Shown here piece by piece: positions 1-8,544 of a DNA stretch of 26,213 bases; position 1 is the first letter of the stretch, and each line of letters begins with the position of its first letter. Made by a program: the position numbers and the translations under genes. The DNA is from a virus (taxonomy: Duplodnaviria > Caudoviricetes): positions 1 to 26,213 of the IMG/VR virus record IMGVR_UViG_3300030330_000805, one strand, 5' to 3'. Below the pieces are notes generated by a model that saw nothing but the letters and a program-made list of their open reading frames with translations, ran no database searches and was not told the DNA's origin.

Positions 1-105
1 AAAAGTGAGTTCGACTTAGGCGTATGTATTACTTGTGAATGGATTAGACCCATTGTGTTTTCAAGACAAGGCTGCTTCTGCATTTATTGTGGGGCATATG
101 TATGA
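1..105 (+). CDS. 3' end of a small putative Zn-ribbon protein (partial; not in the ORF track)
   Basis: Frame 1 reads KSEFDLGVCITCEWIRPIVFSRQGCFCIYCGAYV* with two CxxC pairs (CITC, CIYC). Its TGA (103-105) overlaps the next ATG (102-104) in an ATGA junction. Confidence 0.65.
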   Translation, partial: KSEFDLGVCITCEWIRPIVFSRQGCFCIYCGAYV

Positions 106-416
106 GTTGGTTTGACACAGTAAAAGCACCTCGTATTCCAAGAAAGAAAGGGCAAAGAAGAAACTCCAAGAAGCATTCTGATTTGTATACTGATGAGAAT
201 CCAAAAGGAACTATTCATGGATTAGGATTCAAGGATGAGGAGACATCTAGAAAATCAGTAGCGAAGATAAAGCGAAGCGATAGAAGCCATGCACACAAGA
301 CTCAGGCTGCAATAGCAATGGAGCAAAGAGCAAGGGAGATGGGTAAGACTAAGGAAGCAGCCATATACAGGAAGTTCATAGAACAACAGAAGAAGAAGAC
401 GGAGGCTAAGAAATGA
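102..416 (+). CDS. Small, very basic hypothetical viral protein (104 aa, MSWFDTVK...)
   Basis: ATG at 102 preferred over the track's TTG at 87 because of the ATGA overlap with the upstream ORF. K/R-rich; ATGA-coupled to the next gene. Confidence 0.85.
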   Translation: MSWFDTVKAPRIPRKKGQRRNSKKHSDLYTDENPKGTIHGLGFKDEETSRKSVAKIKRSDRSHAHKTQAAIAMEQRAREMGKTKEAAIYRKFIEQQKKKTEAKK

Positions 417-697
417 AACAGTGGCTAATCAGAAAACTAATTGCAATGATGGGAAATACATATGTTTGGTTGGATAAGAAACTAGACCATCCTGAAGGGC
501 CAGTTCTCGGTTTGGAGATTGATGATGACTTTGCTAAGATGAGCAGGTATGAGTTGTGTTGTCACATTGAGGATAAGTTCGGATTGAAAAGAGATTCTTT
601 TTGGAAGTTAGAATCTACACAGAAGATTCGTTTCTGTTCGCAAACTGCTAGGAATATCCTGACACCTAAGAGGAAGGGAAGAAAGAAGAAGGCTTAG
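413..697 (+). CDS. Hypothetical protein (94 aa, basic C-terminal tail)
   Basis: GGAGG at 401-405, ATGA overlap with the upstream gene. TAG stop overlaps the convergent gene's stop. Confidence 0.8.
   Translation: MKQWLIRKLIAMMGNTYVWLDKKLDHPEGPVLGLEIDDDFAKMSRYELCCHIEDKFGLKRDSFWKLESTQKIRFCSQTARNILTPKRKGRKKKA
668..692 (-). terminator. Possible archaeal-type pyrimidine-rich terminator of the tail operon
   Basis: 25-nt pure pyrimidine run CCTTCTTCTTTCTTCCCTTCCTCTT starting 1 nt after the chaperone's TAA. No hairpin seen, and the longest T run is only 3. Confidence 0.3.
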
Positions 698-1038
698 TTT
701 CCATTAAGTGTTCTACCCAATGGAGATTGTGGGTCTACGAACATTATACCTCTTGGATGGTTCTGAAAGAAATCAGGCTGGTATGGCTGATGTTTAGCGT
801 ATGAGTTAGGCGGTGTGTCACCGTATATCTGTTGTATCATTTCAGGCCAATCGAGAAGTGCCTGTCTGTAATCAGTCAACTGTTGTCTCTCATCATCCGT
901 CAATGCGTTCCAAAGCATAGGCTTTGATTGATAATAGTCTACATAAATCTCTAACATTGAGTCTCTTGTTGACCTGACCTTTGCCATCGCTTCTTCCATG
1001 CTAATCGTTATTTCTTCTCCGTGTTCTCCTATTGCCAT
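694..1038 (-). CDS. Tail fibre assembly chaperone (Phage_tail_APC/Tfa-like)
   Basis: Pattern VRSTRDSML...W.ALT...LTDYRQALLDWP...P resembles the R..R+.LL..D...YRQALRD+P signature. Lies directly after the last fibre gene; strong RBS GAGGTGAT. Confidence 0.8.
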   Translation of the reverse strand: MAIGEHGEEITISMEEAMAKVRSTRDSMLEIYVDYYQSKPMLWNALTDDERQQLTDYRQALLDWPEMIQQIYGDTPPNSYAKHQPYQPDFFQNHPRGIMFVDPQSPLGRTLNGN

Positions 1039-1041
1039 TTA

Positions 1042-1049
1042 ATCACCTC
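1042..1049 (-). promoter_or_regulatory. Ribosome-binding site GAGGTGAT for the chaperone gene
   Basis: Minus strand reads TGAGGTGATTAAATG; overlaps the fibre-2 stop codon. Confidence 0.75.
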
Positions 1050-4000
1050 ACGATACCGTAAATGTCGCTGTCATTCTTGCAGGGCCGACTTGTGTATCGG
1101 TGTATCCTGCCAATCCAGTTGCCCTCAAGTTGAATGTATCACCTGCGGAATAAGATGTTCCATTACCACTGAAGGATGTGAAAGACCTTGTAAATGCATT
1201 ACCACCACTTCCGCTTGCATTATATGTGAATGTGGTAGTTGATGCAGACCTGTTCTTGAATACTGTAACCGTCTGATTATTTGAGTTTGTCTCACTGCCT
1301 TTGTTACCGAAGGTTAAATCAATTCTAGTTAGAGTACAATCAACGGGTATAACAATACCAAAGTCACTTCCACTGGAAGACTTGGTTGTGTTATGCGCTC
1401 CATTACCGTATGAAGGGAAGAAACCATTGGCATTACCAGCAGCAGCCTCGGCACTAATATAATCATCCGACTCTTCAGCAGTGATAACAATAGTCTCAGA
1501 AGCAGTAGATAGCATCCTTATGCTAATCTGTGCTTCTCCCGTTTCAGTGGATATGTTTGTCGTTCTCTCTGCGTCTATTCTTATTCTAATGTAATCGTTA
1601 GCAGTATGCTCATAGATGAATGAAGTGCTAAGACCCGAACCGCCTGAGTTTTCTCTCGTATAGACTTGTGACCTTGACTGTGCGATAGTTGTTGGAGAGG
1701 AGAATGAGTTATTGTCATCATGTTGAACAAAGGCGAATATCCTCGTTCTATCAGCACCACTGTCTCCGCTTGGAGCGTCATCGTTTATGGGTATGGAATA
1801 TGAAATCTCATATAAGCCAGCAGCAGCAAGTCTGATATGTCCATCAGTAGTTGATGATGCATTGTTATCAGGGTCTAATACCTCGGTGTCAAATGGTATA
1901 GTTACTTCTGTTGTGGTGACATTGACGTTACCCGCATCCATATACACAGATGGTTTTGCACCTGCACTACCACTACTGCCTCCTCCTCCACTGCTCACTG
2001 TTGCAAAGGAGAGTGTGCCACTGCCATCTGTCTGTAACACTTGGTTAGCACTACCGTCTGATGTGGGGAATGTGTATTCTTCATTGAATGTAATCGCACC
2101 ACCACTTGCTATTCCAAGTCTAACTGATGCGTTTGTAGCCGGATTAGTAGTTCCAGTGTTATCGGTAGTTCCTGTTAGGAAATCTATTCCACCACTTGCA
2201 CCTATGTTGTTGATAATCTGCAATTTGTTGCTTGTTCCTTGGAAGGCGTGAGCAGTTATGTCGCCGTCTTGCTTGAACCACAAGAACGGTAAATCAGCCT
2301 CATCGTTGTTATCGGTATCAGCCTCGATGATTATCCCGCAATCCAAATCAGTTCCACTTGAAACGTGTAATTGTGCATCAGGACTAGTCGTGCCTATTCC
2401 AACCCTACCTGATGAATCAATTCTAATCTTTTCAGTGCCACCAGTTGCGAATCCCAAGATGTCTGTTCCGGCTGAATACATTCCGGTATCTTGGTCGCCT
2501 TCAAAAGTATGAGTTGGATTGCTTGCTGAACCTGTTGAAGCACCAAACTCATCTGCTCTTACTATGCCTTGAACATATACCTTCCCATAACCAAAACCTG
2601 TTCCGCTAGGCAGTCCAATTCCAATAGAACCATTACTTCTAACCTTGAAGATTGAAGTGTCACTTGCTGCATCGTGAACCTCAAACGAATTGCCTGTTCC
2701 TCTTTGGACAATCTTGACTAATGCCGTGTCGCTAGTATCATCGAATAGAAACTGTTCTGAACCATCTGTATCATCAAAAGAAAGAGTTGTTGCGCCAAAA
2801 GAACCACCATTGTTGTATTGAATGAAAGTATCTGAACCACCGGGAGAACCACCACCACCTGCATTTGCATCCACATATGCCTTGATAGACTGTTGAGTTG
2901 CCAAAGCAGTAGCAGAATCAGAAGCCATGTTGTCTTCATCTAAAATTGAAGTCACTTGTAGCACTTCACCGTTGAGGCTCAATGCGGCAATATCTGCACT
3001 ACTTGATGTGATAATCTTTGGCACACTTAATGTATCAATAGAAGGATTGAATCTAAAGCCACCATCTCTTGCTAATGTACCATCACTTCTATGAAATGCG
3101 ATAGCATTGTTGGCATTCGTAGATTCATCAAGAGCAACTGTTACTGTCGCTGCATTCCCTGTCGTATCCTGATTCAATGTGCCAACCACTAAGTCAATTG
3201 TGCCATCACCGTCTTGGTATGTTGCCGTTATACCTGTCTCAGTGTTACTAGAGAACATACCTCCAACGATATCTTGTACTTGCTCATTCGACAACTGTGT
3301 ATTTGTGTTAGTGGTAAAGGTGAGATTGCTCTGCATGTATGATTGAAGAACAGAGATGTCCATTCTCTTCAATACACCAGCATCGCTGAGAACTAACTCA
3401 TCAGTTGATGCTAGACCACTTGTAAGTGCAGTTGCACCTGTGATATCTGATACAGAGAAGTTCATGTCATCTACAACGAAATCCATGTTGTTGTTTGTAT
3501 CATCATAATCGATTGTGATTCTAGTCTTAGTTCCACCAGTTGCGACTAATGGCCCTGCTATGTCCTGAACTTGTTCATTGGACAATTGTGTGTTTGTATT
3601 AGTCGTGAATGTTAGGTTATTTTGCATGTATGTCTTCAACCTAGACATAGTAGCCTTTCTGTTTGTTCCACCAGCCCCGTTATCCACTATCATCAGGTCT
3701 GCATCAACTAGAGCCTCGCCAATATCGGTCATACCATCAATATCGAGTCCCACGGTAACTGTATCAGTAGCACCTACGACTGTGGCAATACCGTCACCGC
3801 CAGCAATATCAAGGGTGTTACCATGAGCAATAGTCTGATTACTTCCTGAGTCTCCTGTTAGAGTAAAAGTGGTTAATTGGTTTGTATTGGTGTTAGTGGT
3901 AAATGTTAAGTTATTTTGCATATATGTCTTTAGTCTAGACATTGTAGCCTTTCTATTAGTGCCACCTGCACCATCGTCAACTATCATTAGGTCAGCATCT

Positions 4001-7000
4001 ACTAACGCTGCTCCAATGTCCGTCATTCCGTCAATGTCTAGTGAGAATGTCTTGCCTGATAGACCAATACCTCCACCTGAACCAACTGCTAGATGTTGAG
4101 TCACGTTGCTTTCTGCTATTCTGTTATCGTTGAATGTCCCTGCTGTTATCTTTGAAGCATTTAGTGTGGGTATCCTTGCAGTTCCAAGAGTCCCTGCGGT
4201 TATTTTAGATGCGTTCAATGTAGGAATATCGGATTGTGAAAGACCACCATCAAGGATATTGATTTCCGCTAAGGATGCAGTAATGCCTAAGTTGGTCAGA
4301 CCTTGTGCCTGTTGTGTGCTATTGAGGGATTGACTGTCATCAATTCTCAATCTGTTACCCAAAGAGGTAGCAGTTGTTGTTGAGAAACTAGCATCATCAC
4401 CTAATGCTGCTGCAAGTTCATTTAGAGTGTTAAGTGCTGAAGGTGCTGAATCAACCAAGTTAGATATAGAATTGTCAACATAAGTTTTGATTGATTGTTG
4501 TGTTGCTAGTGCAGTTGCACTGTTACTACCCATAGCATCTTCATCTAGGATAGTAGTCACTCTTGAGTTAGCAGCACCCAATCTGATACCGCTATCGGTA
4601 ATATCCATGCGGGAAGTTCCGTCTGTACTGAATGTCTGAGTATCAGTAGTAAAGGCAATTTTATTGTTAGTGTCACCTTTATGTGCTAAAGCAAAATCAA
4701 TGAGAACACTACCAGCGACTTCTAATTTTTCAGAAGGATTTGTGACACCTATTCCGACATTACCATCCTTGTTAATCCTCATCTGTTCTGTGATGGTTCC
4801 ATCCTTTGAAGTATCGAATCTTAGATACCCGTCTTCCGAACCATTAGTCGAGTCCTGTATTGCACCAACCATCCTAGCATAGAGATGACCGGAAGATGAA
4901 CTACCTGAATCACCGAACTCAAACCTAACTGATGAACCGAAGTTTGTACCAGTAGCATCTCTTCTCAATACTAAATGTGCCTCGTTGGTAGTGTTGTATA
5001 TCGTAGTGTCACCGGAAACGTGTAGTTTTGAAACCGGAGCAGTGTTGCCTATTCCGACATTACCCGATGTGTCAATAACTAGCCTCGGTGTGGTATTCAC
5101 CTCATCATAGATGGAGAACTTATCAGAGTTGCTTGCTAACTTACCAAGACTCCACTTGTTAGTTCCCGCCTCTGAGAAAAACACTACTGCATATCCATCA
5201 TCGGGTGTGTCTATCTTTATCCCTGCGTTTGCATCTGTTGATTTGAATAGTGCTAAGTCATTGTCTGCACTTTCAACATGAAGTGGCATTGAGGGACTCG
5301 TAGTGCCTATTCCGAGATTACCTCCATCGGTCAATCTCATCTTCTCTGAACCTGATGTCTCAAAGAGAATGGCTCCTCCTGTCCCTACGTTTGCACTATC
5401 GGCTCTGATGCTCAAATTACCATTGTTATTGATGATGCGAGCAGTCGGGTCATTGGTAGCATCAGTATCTATCAGTTTTAATTCTGGAAGGGTGTTAGAT
5501 ACAAGTAGCGTATTATTGACCGTTGTGAGAGCATCTTCTATCTTAATTCTCTGTGTACCATTTGTCATCAGACGAATATCCTTGCCTGACCCTGCCATGA
5601 TAATGTCAAGTCCATCTCCATCTGTTATTAGCCGAGCATCGAAGTCATCGGAAAATGGGTTCTTCATGTCTATGAAAGCACCATTAGGCCCACCCATCTC
5701 AATAGAGCCATAGCCAGTGCTTTCGATGTTGAGTCTTGTTCCATGTAAATGAGCAGATGCCTTGATGTCACCAACCACATGAAGTGCTTCATCTGGACTC
5801 GTAGTGCCTATCCCCACCTTACCTTCTGATGTGATTCTCATTCTTTCTGCTACACTTGTAGTGCTAGTCGTTTGAGTATGGAATGCAATATCTGCCGCAT
5901 CATCAGCACCCACTCTATTGAAAGCAATACTCGCAACACTATCTCCATCGTTTGCGGCGGCTATCTGAGCAAACGTTGCATCTGATGTTTTTACACCATC
6001 TAATGATACAGTCACCCTATCACTAGCGTCTATTTGCATCACACCTGCACCGTCATAGGTGAAAGTAGATTCTGCATTCATAGCATCTGCACCAGTAGCA
6101 GTTAGAATACGATTGTTTGAACCGTTTGCCATAAAGTCAGATACATCTACACTAAATGTCGTGCTTGATAAATCCAAACCTGTGCCAGCAGAATACTCTG
6201 TATTTGTGTCTGTGGATGCAATGGTAACTGCCCCATCTGCTTCTGAAATAGTTACATTGCTTCCTGCTGTAAAAGCAAGAGTTTCAGTTGACCCTAGTGT
6301 ATTACCACCTGCTGTTACTGTTCGGAATGTGTTGGTATCTGCTGTCATATCATCTACAACAAGGTCAATCGTACCGTCACTGTCTTGATACGTTGCGGAT
6401 ATTCTAGTCTCGGTGTTTGAACTAAACATTGCACCTACGATATCTTGAACCTGCTCAGTAGAGAGTTGTGTGTTAGTATCTGTGGATGCAATGGTAACAG
6501 TATCGTTAGATGTATTAGCCGTAATTGTTACATTAGAACCTGCTGCTAATGTCAGCGTGTCAGTTGCTGAATCTGCTGCTATTGTATCTGAACCAACTGC
6601 TACATTACTGAAGGCATTCTGATTGTTCTCTCCACCTGCACCTGCTGCTACAAGAGTGAAGCCTCCACTTGCATCATCATAACTTAGTAAATGATTATCA
6701 GTAGATGAGTTCGCAGTATTCGTTGTGCTTATTTTGGCTGCTGTGATAGCGGCATCAGCAATTCTTGCAGTTGCAAAAGTTCCCGATGTAATCTTAGATG
6801 CTGCCAAGTTACCTAATTGTGCATTTGTGATTGTTCCTGAACTAATCTGTCCTGCAATCGTATCTGCGGTGATAGAGCCACCTAATGATGTAGAAGAACC
6901 TGCAATTGTTATTGCACTATTTGCTAGTTTAGAGTTGGCTATCGAACCTGCTAACTGAGCATTCGTTATCGTTCCAGTCAAACTGCTTGTAGGGTAGTTC

Positions 7001-8544
7001 GTAGCATCGGTCAAGTCAAATGCAGGTGTCGCATCCGATTGCCCCAAGTCTAGACTTACCCCACCAAAACTCACAGAATCGTTTGCTAGTTTAGCGTTAG
7101 TGATAGAGGGTATTCTATCTATGTTGAGAGTTCCTGCCGTTATCTTGGATGCGTTCAAGTTAGGGATGTGAGAAGCAGACAGGTTGGCAGTGATATCTCC
7201 TAATGCCGATAGAGCAATACCACCTGATGCAGACACTGCTACTGTCCCACCTGCGTTTGGTAGAGATATGGTTCTATCAGCAGTAGGGTCTACGATTGTG
7301 AGGGTTGTCTCAAAGTCATCTGATGTTGCACCCTCAAACACAACGGCGTTTGCTGCTTCCATCGTCACAGTATTTACCTGTGTCGTAGTTCCTGCTACAT
7401 TCAAGTTAGGAACGAGAAGAGTTCCAGTGGAAGGATTGTACCTCAATGCGTTTGTGTCATCTAGAAGTGCATTGGATTCATCATGAAACACAACGGGGAA
7501 GTTAGTGTTAGCAGTGCTGTCAGATACTGTCACTGTGCTTGCAAGAGTAGAGGTTGCTGCATTCCCACTGGTGTTCTGATTACCTGCTGTGTTTACTCCG
7601 GGTAAGTTGATGTTTGCAGTCCCATCGAATGATACTCCACCTATTGTTCGTGCAGTTTCTAATGCAGTCGCAGTTGCTGCGTTCCCTGTTGTATCACCAA
7701 CAGATGAAACAACTAGGTCGATAGTTCCGTCACCTGATTGGAATGTTGCAGATATTCCTGTCTCTGTATTGCCACTGAACATCGCTCCTACGACAGATTG
7801 AATCTGTGAGTCGGTGCGTTGTGTATTAGTATCGGTTTGATGAGTATCTATCATGCTCTTGACATCAGCAGGGGCGAATCTCCTGATTCCTGTTTCAGTC
7901 CCATTTGTTCTCTCAGTCGAACTTACCTGACCCACTTGAGCATTGTAAGCAGTTTCTACCTGTGAGTTACTAAGTTGCGTATTAGTGTCTGATTGGTGAG
8001 TGTCAATCATGCTATGAATATCAGCAGGGGTAAATCTTCTAACGGCGGTTGAAGTCCCATCTGTTTTCTCTTGTGTACTAACTGCTGCAACTTGATTGTT
8101 ATATGCAGTTTCTACTTCTGAGTCACTCAATTGTGTGTTAGTGTCAGCAGTCCCTGTTATCGTTACTGCACCTGTTCCACCACTAATCGATATATGGTTT
8201 CCAGCGACAATCGAAGTAACACCTGCGTTGGTTAGTGTGACATCACCTGATGTTCCTCCGCCCGATAATCCAGTACCTGCAATCACTCTAGTTATGTCTC
8301 CAACTTCCGTAGTGAAACCCTGTGCTGCTATGTAATCGAATACAGCATCACCAGTGACTAAGTTAGCGTTTCCATCAGCAACAGAGCCTGATGTCGCTGC
8401 TATTGTGGAATTGAATGTCAGAGAACCATCGTCATTGACTTCGATTGCCTTGGTTGCATCATTAGCACCAGTGACTTCTATCTTTGGTTTTGCACTCTGT
8501 CCTGTGTTTGGTGTAATTAGAATGTCCTTGTCCGAGTTAGCCAT
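1048..8544 (-). CDS. Giant mosaic tail fibre / receptor-binding protein 2 (2498 aa)
   Basis: T/S/G/A/D/N-rich. Contains fibre motifs (ARTIGGVSFDGTANI, APSALNTLNELAAALGDD, repeated RI.SSGNVGIGTTSP..LHV units) and a C-terminal C1q-like plus second beta-sandwich domain. Followed by a chaperone gene; TGATG-coupled to the upstream fibre gene. Confidence 0.85.
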   Translation of the reverse strand: MANSDKDILITPNTGQSAKPKIEVTGANDATKAIEVNDDGSLTFNSTIAATSGSVADGNANLVTGDAVFDYIAAQGFTTEVGDITRVIAGTGLSGGGTSGDVTLTNAGVTSIVAGNHISISGGTGAVTITGTADTNTQLSDSEVETAYNNQVAAVSTQEKTDGTSTAVRRFTPADIHSMIDTHQSDTNTQLSNSQVETAYNAQVGQVSSTERTNGTETGIRRFAPADVKSMIDTHQTDTNTQRTDSQIQSVVGAMFSGNTETGISATFQSGDGTIDLVVSSVGDTTGNAATATALETARTIGGVSFDGTANINLPGVNTAGNQNTSGNAATSTLASTVTVSDSTANTNFPVVFHDESNALLDDTNALRYNPSTGTLLVPNLNVAGTTTQVNTVTMEAANAVVFEGATSDDFETTLTIVDPTADRTISLPNAGGTVAVSASGGIALSALGDITANLSASHIPNLNASKITAGTLNIDRIPSITNAKLANDSVSFGGVSLDLGQSDATPAFDLTDATNYPTSSLTGTITNAQLAGSIANSKLANSAITIAGSSTSLGGSITADTIAGQISSGTITNAQLGNLAASKITSGTFATARIADAAITAAKISTTNTANSSTDNHLLSYDDASGGFTLVAAGAGGENNQNAFSNVAVGSDTIAADSATDTLTLAAGSNVTITANTSNDTVTIASTDTNTQLSTEQVQDIVGAMFSSNTETRISATYQDSDGTIDLVVDDMTADTNTFRTVTAGGNTLGSTETLAFTAGSNVTISEADGAVTIASTDTNTEYSAGTGLDLSSTTFSVDVSDFMANGSNNRILTATGADAMNAESTFTYDGAGVMQIDASDRVTVSLDGVKTSDATFAQIAAANDGDSVASIAFNRVGADDAADIAFHTQTTSTTSVAERMRITSEGKVGIGTTSPDEALHVVGDIKASAHLHGTRLNIESTGYGSIEMGGPNGAFIDMKNPFSDDFDARLITDGDGLDIIMAGSGKDIRLMTNGTQRIKIEDALTTVNNTLLVSNTLPELKLIDTDATNDPTARIINNNGNLSIRADSANVGTGGAILFETSGSEKMRLTDGGNLGIGTTSPSMPLHVESADNDLALFKSTDANAGIKIDTPDDGYAVVFFSEAGTNKWSLGKLASNSDKFSIYDEVNTTPRLVIDTSGNVGIGNTAPVSKLHVSGDTTIYNTTNEAHLVLRRDATGTNFGSSVRFEFGDSGSSSSGHLYARMVGAIQDSTNGSEDGYLRFDTSKDGTITEQMRINKDGNVGIGVTNPSEKLEVAGSVLIDFALAHKGDTNNKIAFTTDTQTFSTDGTSRMDITDSGIRLGAANSRVTTILDEDAMGSNSATALATQQSIKTYVDNSISNLVDSAPSALNTLNELAAALGDDASFSTTTATSLGNRLRIDDSQSLNSTQQAQGLTNLGITASLAEINILDGGLSQSDIPTLNASKITAGTLGTARIPTLNASKITAGTFNDNRIAESNVTQHLAVGSGGGIGLSGKTFSLDIDGMTDIGAALVDADLMIVDDGAGGTNRKATMSRLKTYMQNNLTFTTNTNTNQLTTFTLTGDSGSNQTIAHGNTLDIAGGDGIATVVGATDTVTVGLDIDGMTDIGEALVDADLMIVDNGAGGTNRKATMSRLKTYMQNNLTFTTNTNTQLSNEQVQDIAGPLVATGGTKTRITIDYDDTNNNMDFVVDDMNFSVSDITGATALTSGLASTDELVLSDAGVLKRMDISVLQSYMQSNLTFTTNTNTQLSNEQVQDIVGGMFSSNTETGITATYQDGDGTIDLVVGTLNQDTTGNAATVTVALDESTNANNAIAFHRSDGTLARDGGFRFNPSIDTLSVPKIITSSSADIAALSLNGEVLQVTSILDEDNMASDSATALATQQSIKAYVDANAGGGGSPGGSDTFIQYNNGGSFGATTLSFDDTDGSEQFLFDDTSDTALVKIVQRGTGNSFEVHDAASDTSIFKVRSNGSIGIGLPSGTGFGYGKVYVQGIVRADEFGASTGSASNPTHTFEGDQDTGMYSAGTDILGFATGGTEKIRIDSSGRVGIGTTSPDAQLHVSSGTDLDCGIIIEADTDNNDEADLPFLWFKQDGDITAHAFQGTSNKLQIINNIGASGGIDFLTGTTDNTGTTNPATNASVRLGIASGGAITFNEEYTFPTSDGSANQVLQTDGSGTLSFATVSSGGGGSSGSAGAKPSVYMDAGNVNVTTTEVTIPFDTEVLDPDNNASSTTDGHIRLAAAGLYEISYSIPINDDAPSGDSGADRTRIFAFVQHDDNNSFSSPTTIAQSRSQVYTRENSGGSGLSTSFIYEHTANDYIRIRIDAERTTNISTETGEAQISIRMLSTASETIVITAEESDDYISAEAAAGNANGFFPSYGNGAHNTTKSSSGSDFGIVIPVDCTLTRIDLTFGNKGSETNSNNQTVTVFKNRSASTTTFTYNASGSGGNAFTRSFTSFSGNGTSYSAGDTFNLRATGLAGYTDTQVGPARMTATFTVS
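3589..4041 (-). repeat. Two copies of a 53-codon intragenic repeat (3589-3747 and 3883-4041)
   Basis: LDIDGMTDIG(A/E)ALVDADLMIVD(D/N)GAGGTNRKATMSRLKTYMQNNLTFTTNTNT; 51/53 aa identical, 294-nt offset. Confidence 0.95.
4690..5860 (-). repeat. Four spaced R(M/L).I...G(N/K)VGIG.T.P...L(H/E)V fibre modules
   Basis: GKVGIGTTSPDEALHV, GNLGIGTTSPSMPLHV, GNVGIGNTAPVSKLHV, GNVGIGVTNPSEKLEV. Further copies at ~2360-2430 and ~8890-8935. Confidence 0.85.
7834..8145 (-). repeat. Tandem 2 x 156-nt (52-aa) intragenic repeat
   Basis: DTNTQLS.S.VETAYN.QV..VS..E.T.GT.T..RRF.PAD..SMIDTHQ occurs twice at an exact 156-nt period. Confidence 0.9.

Noticed and set aside
1021-1242. Cys-rich 73-aa plus-strand ORF resembling a metal-binding protein
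   Set aside because: Antisense to the fibre-2 C-terminus and chaperone start. The Cys codons (TGT/TGC) mirror the abundant ACA/GCA triplets of the coding strand.
1581-2939. Short alternative-frame minus-strand ORFs 1581-1781 and 2718-2939
   Set aside because: Nested out of frame within fibre 2, with no clear RBS or recognisable motif; their lengths are within chance expectation.
3589-4041. Repeat pair as a diversity-generating retroelement TR/VR
   Set aside because: Differences are mostly synonymous and not adenine-specific, both copies are mid-gene coding sequence, and no reverse transcriptase is in the window.
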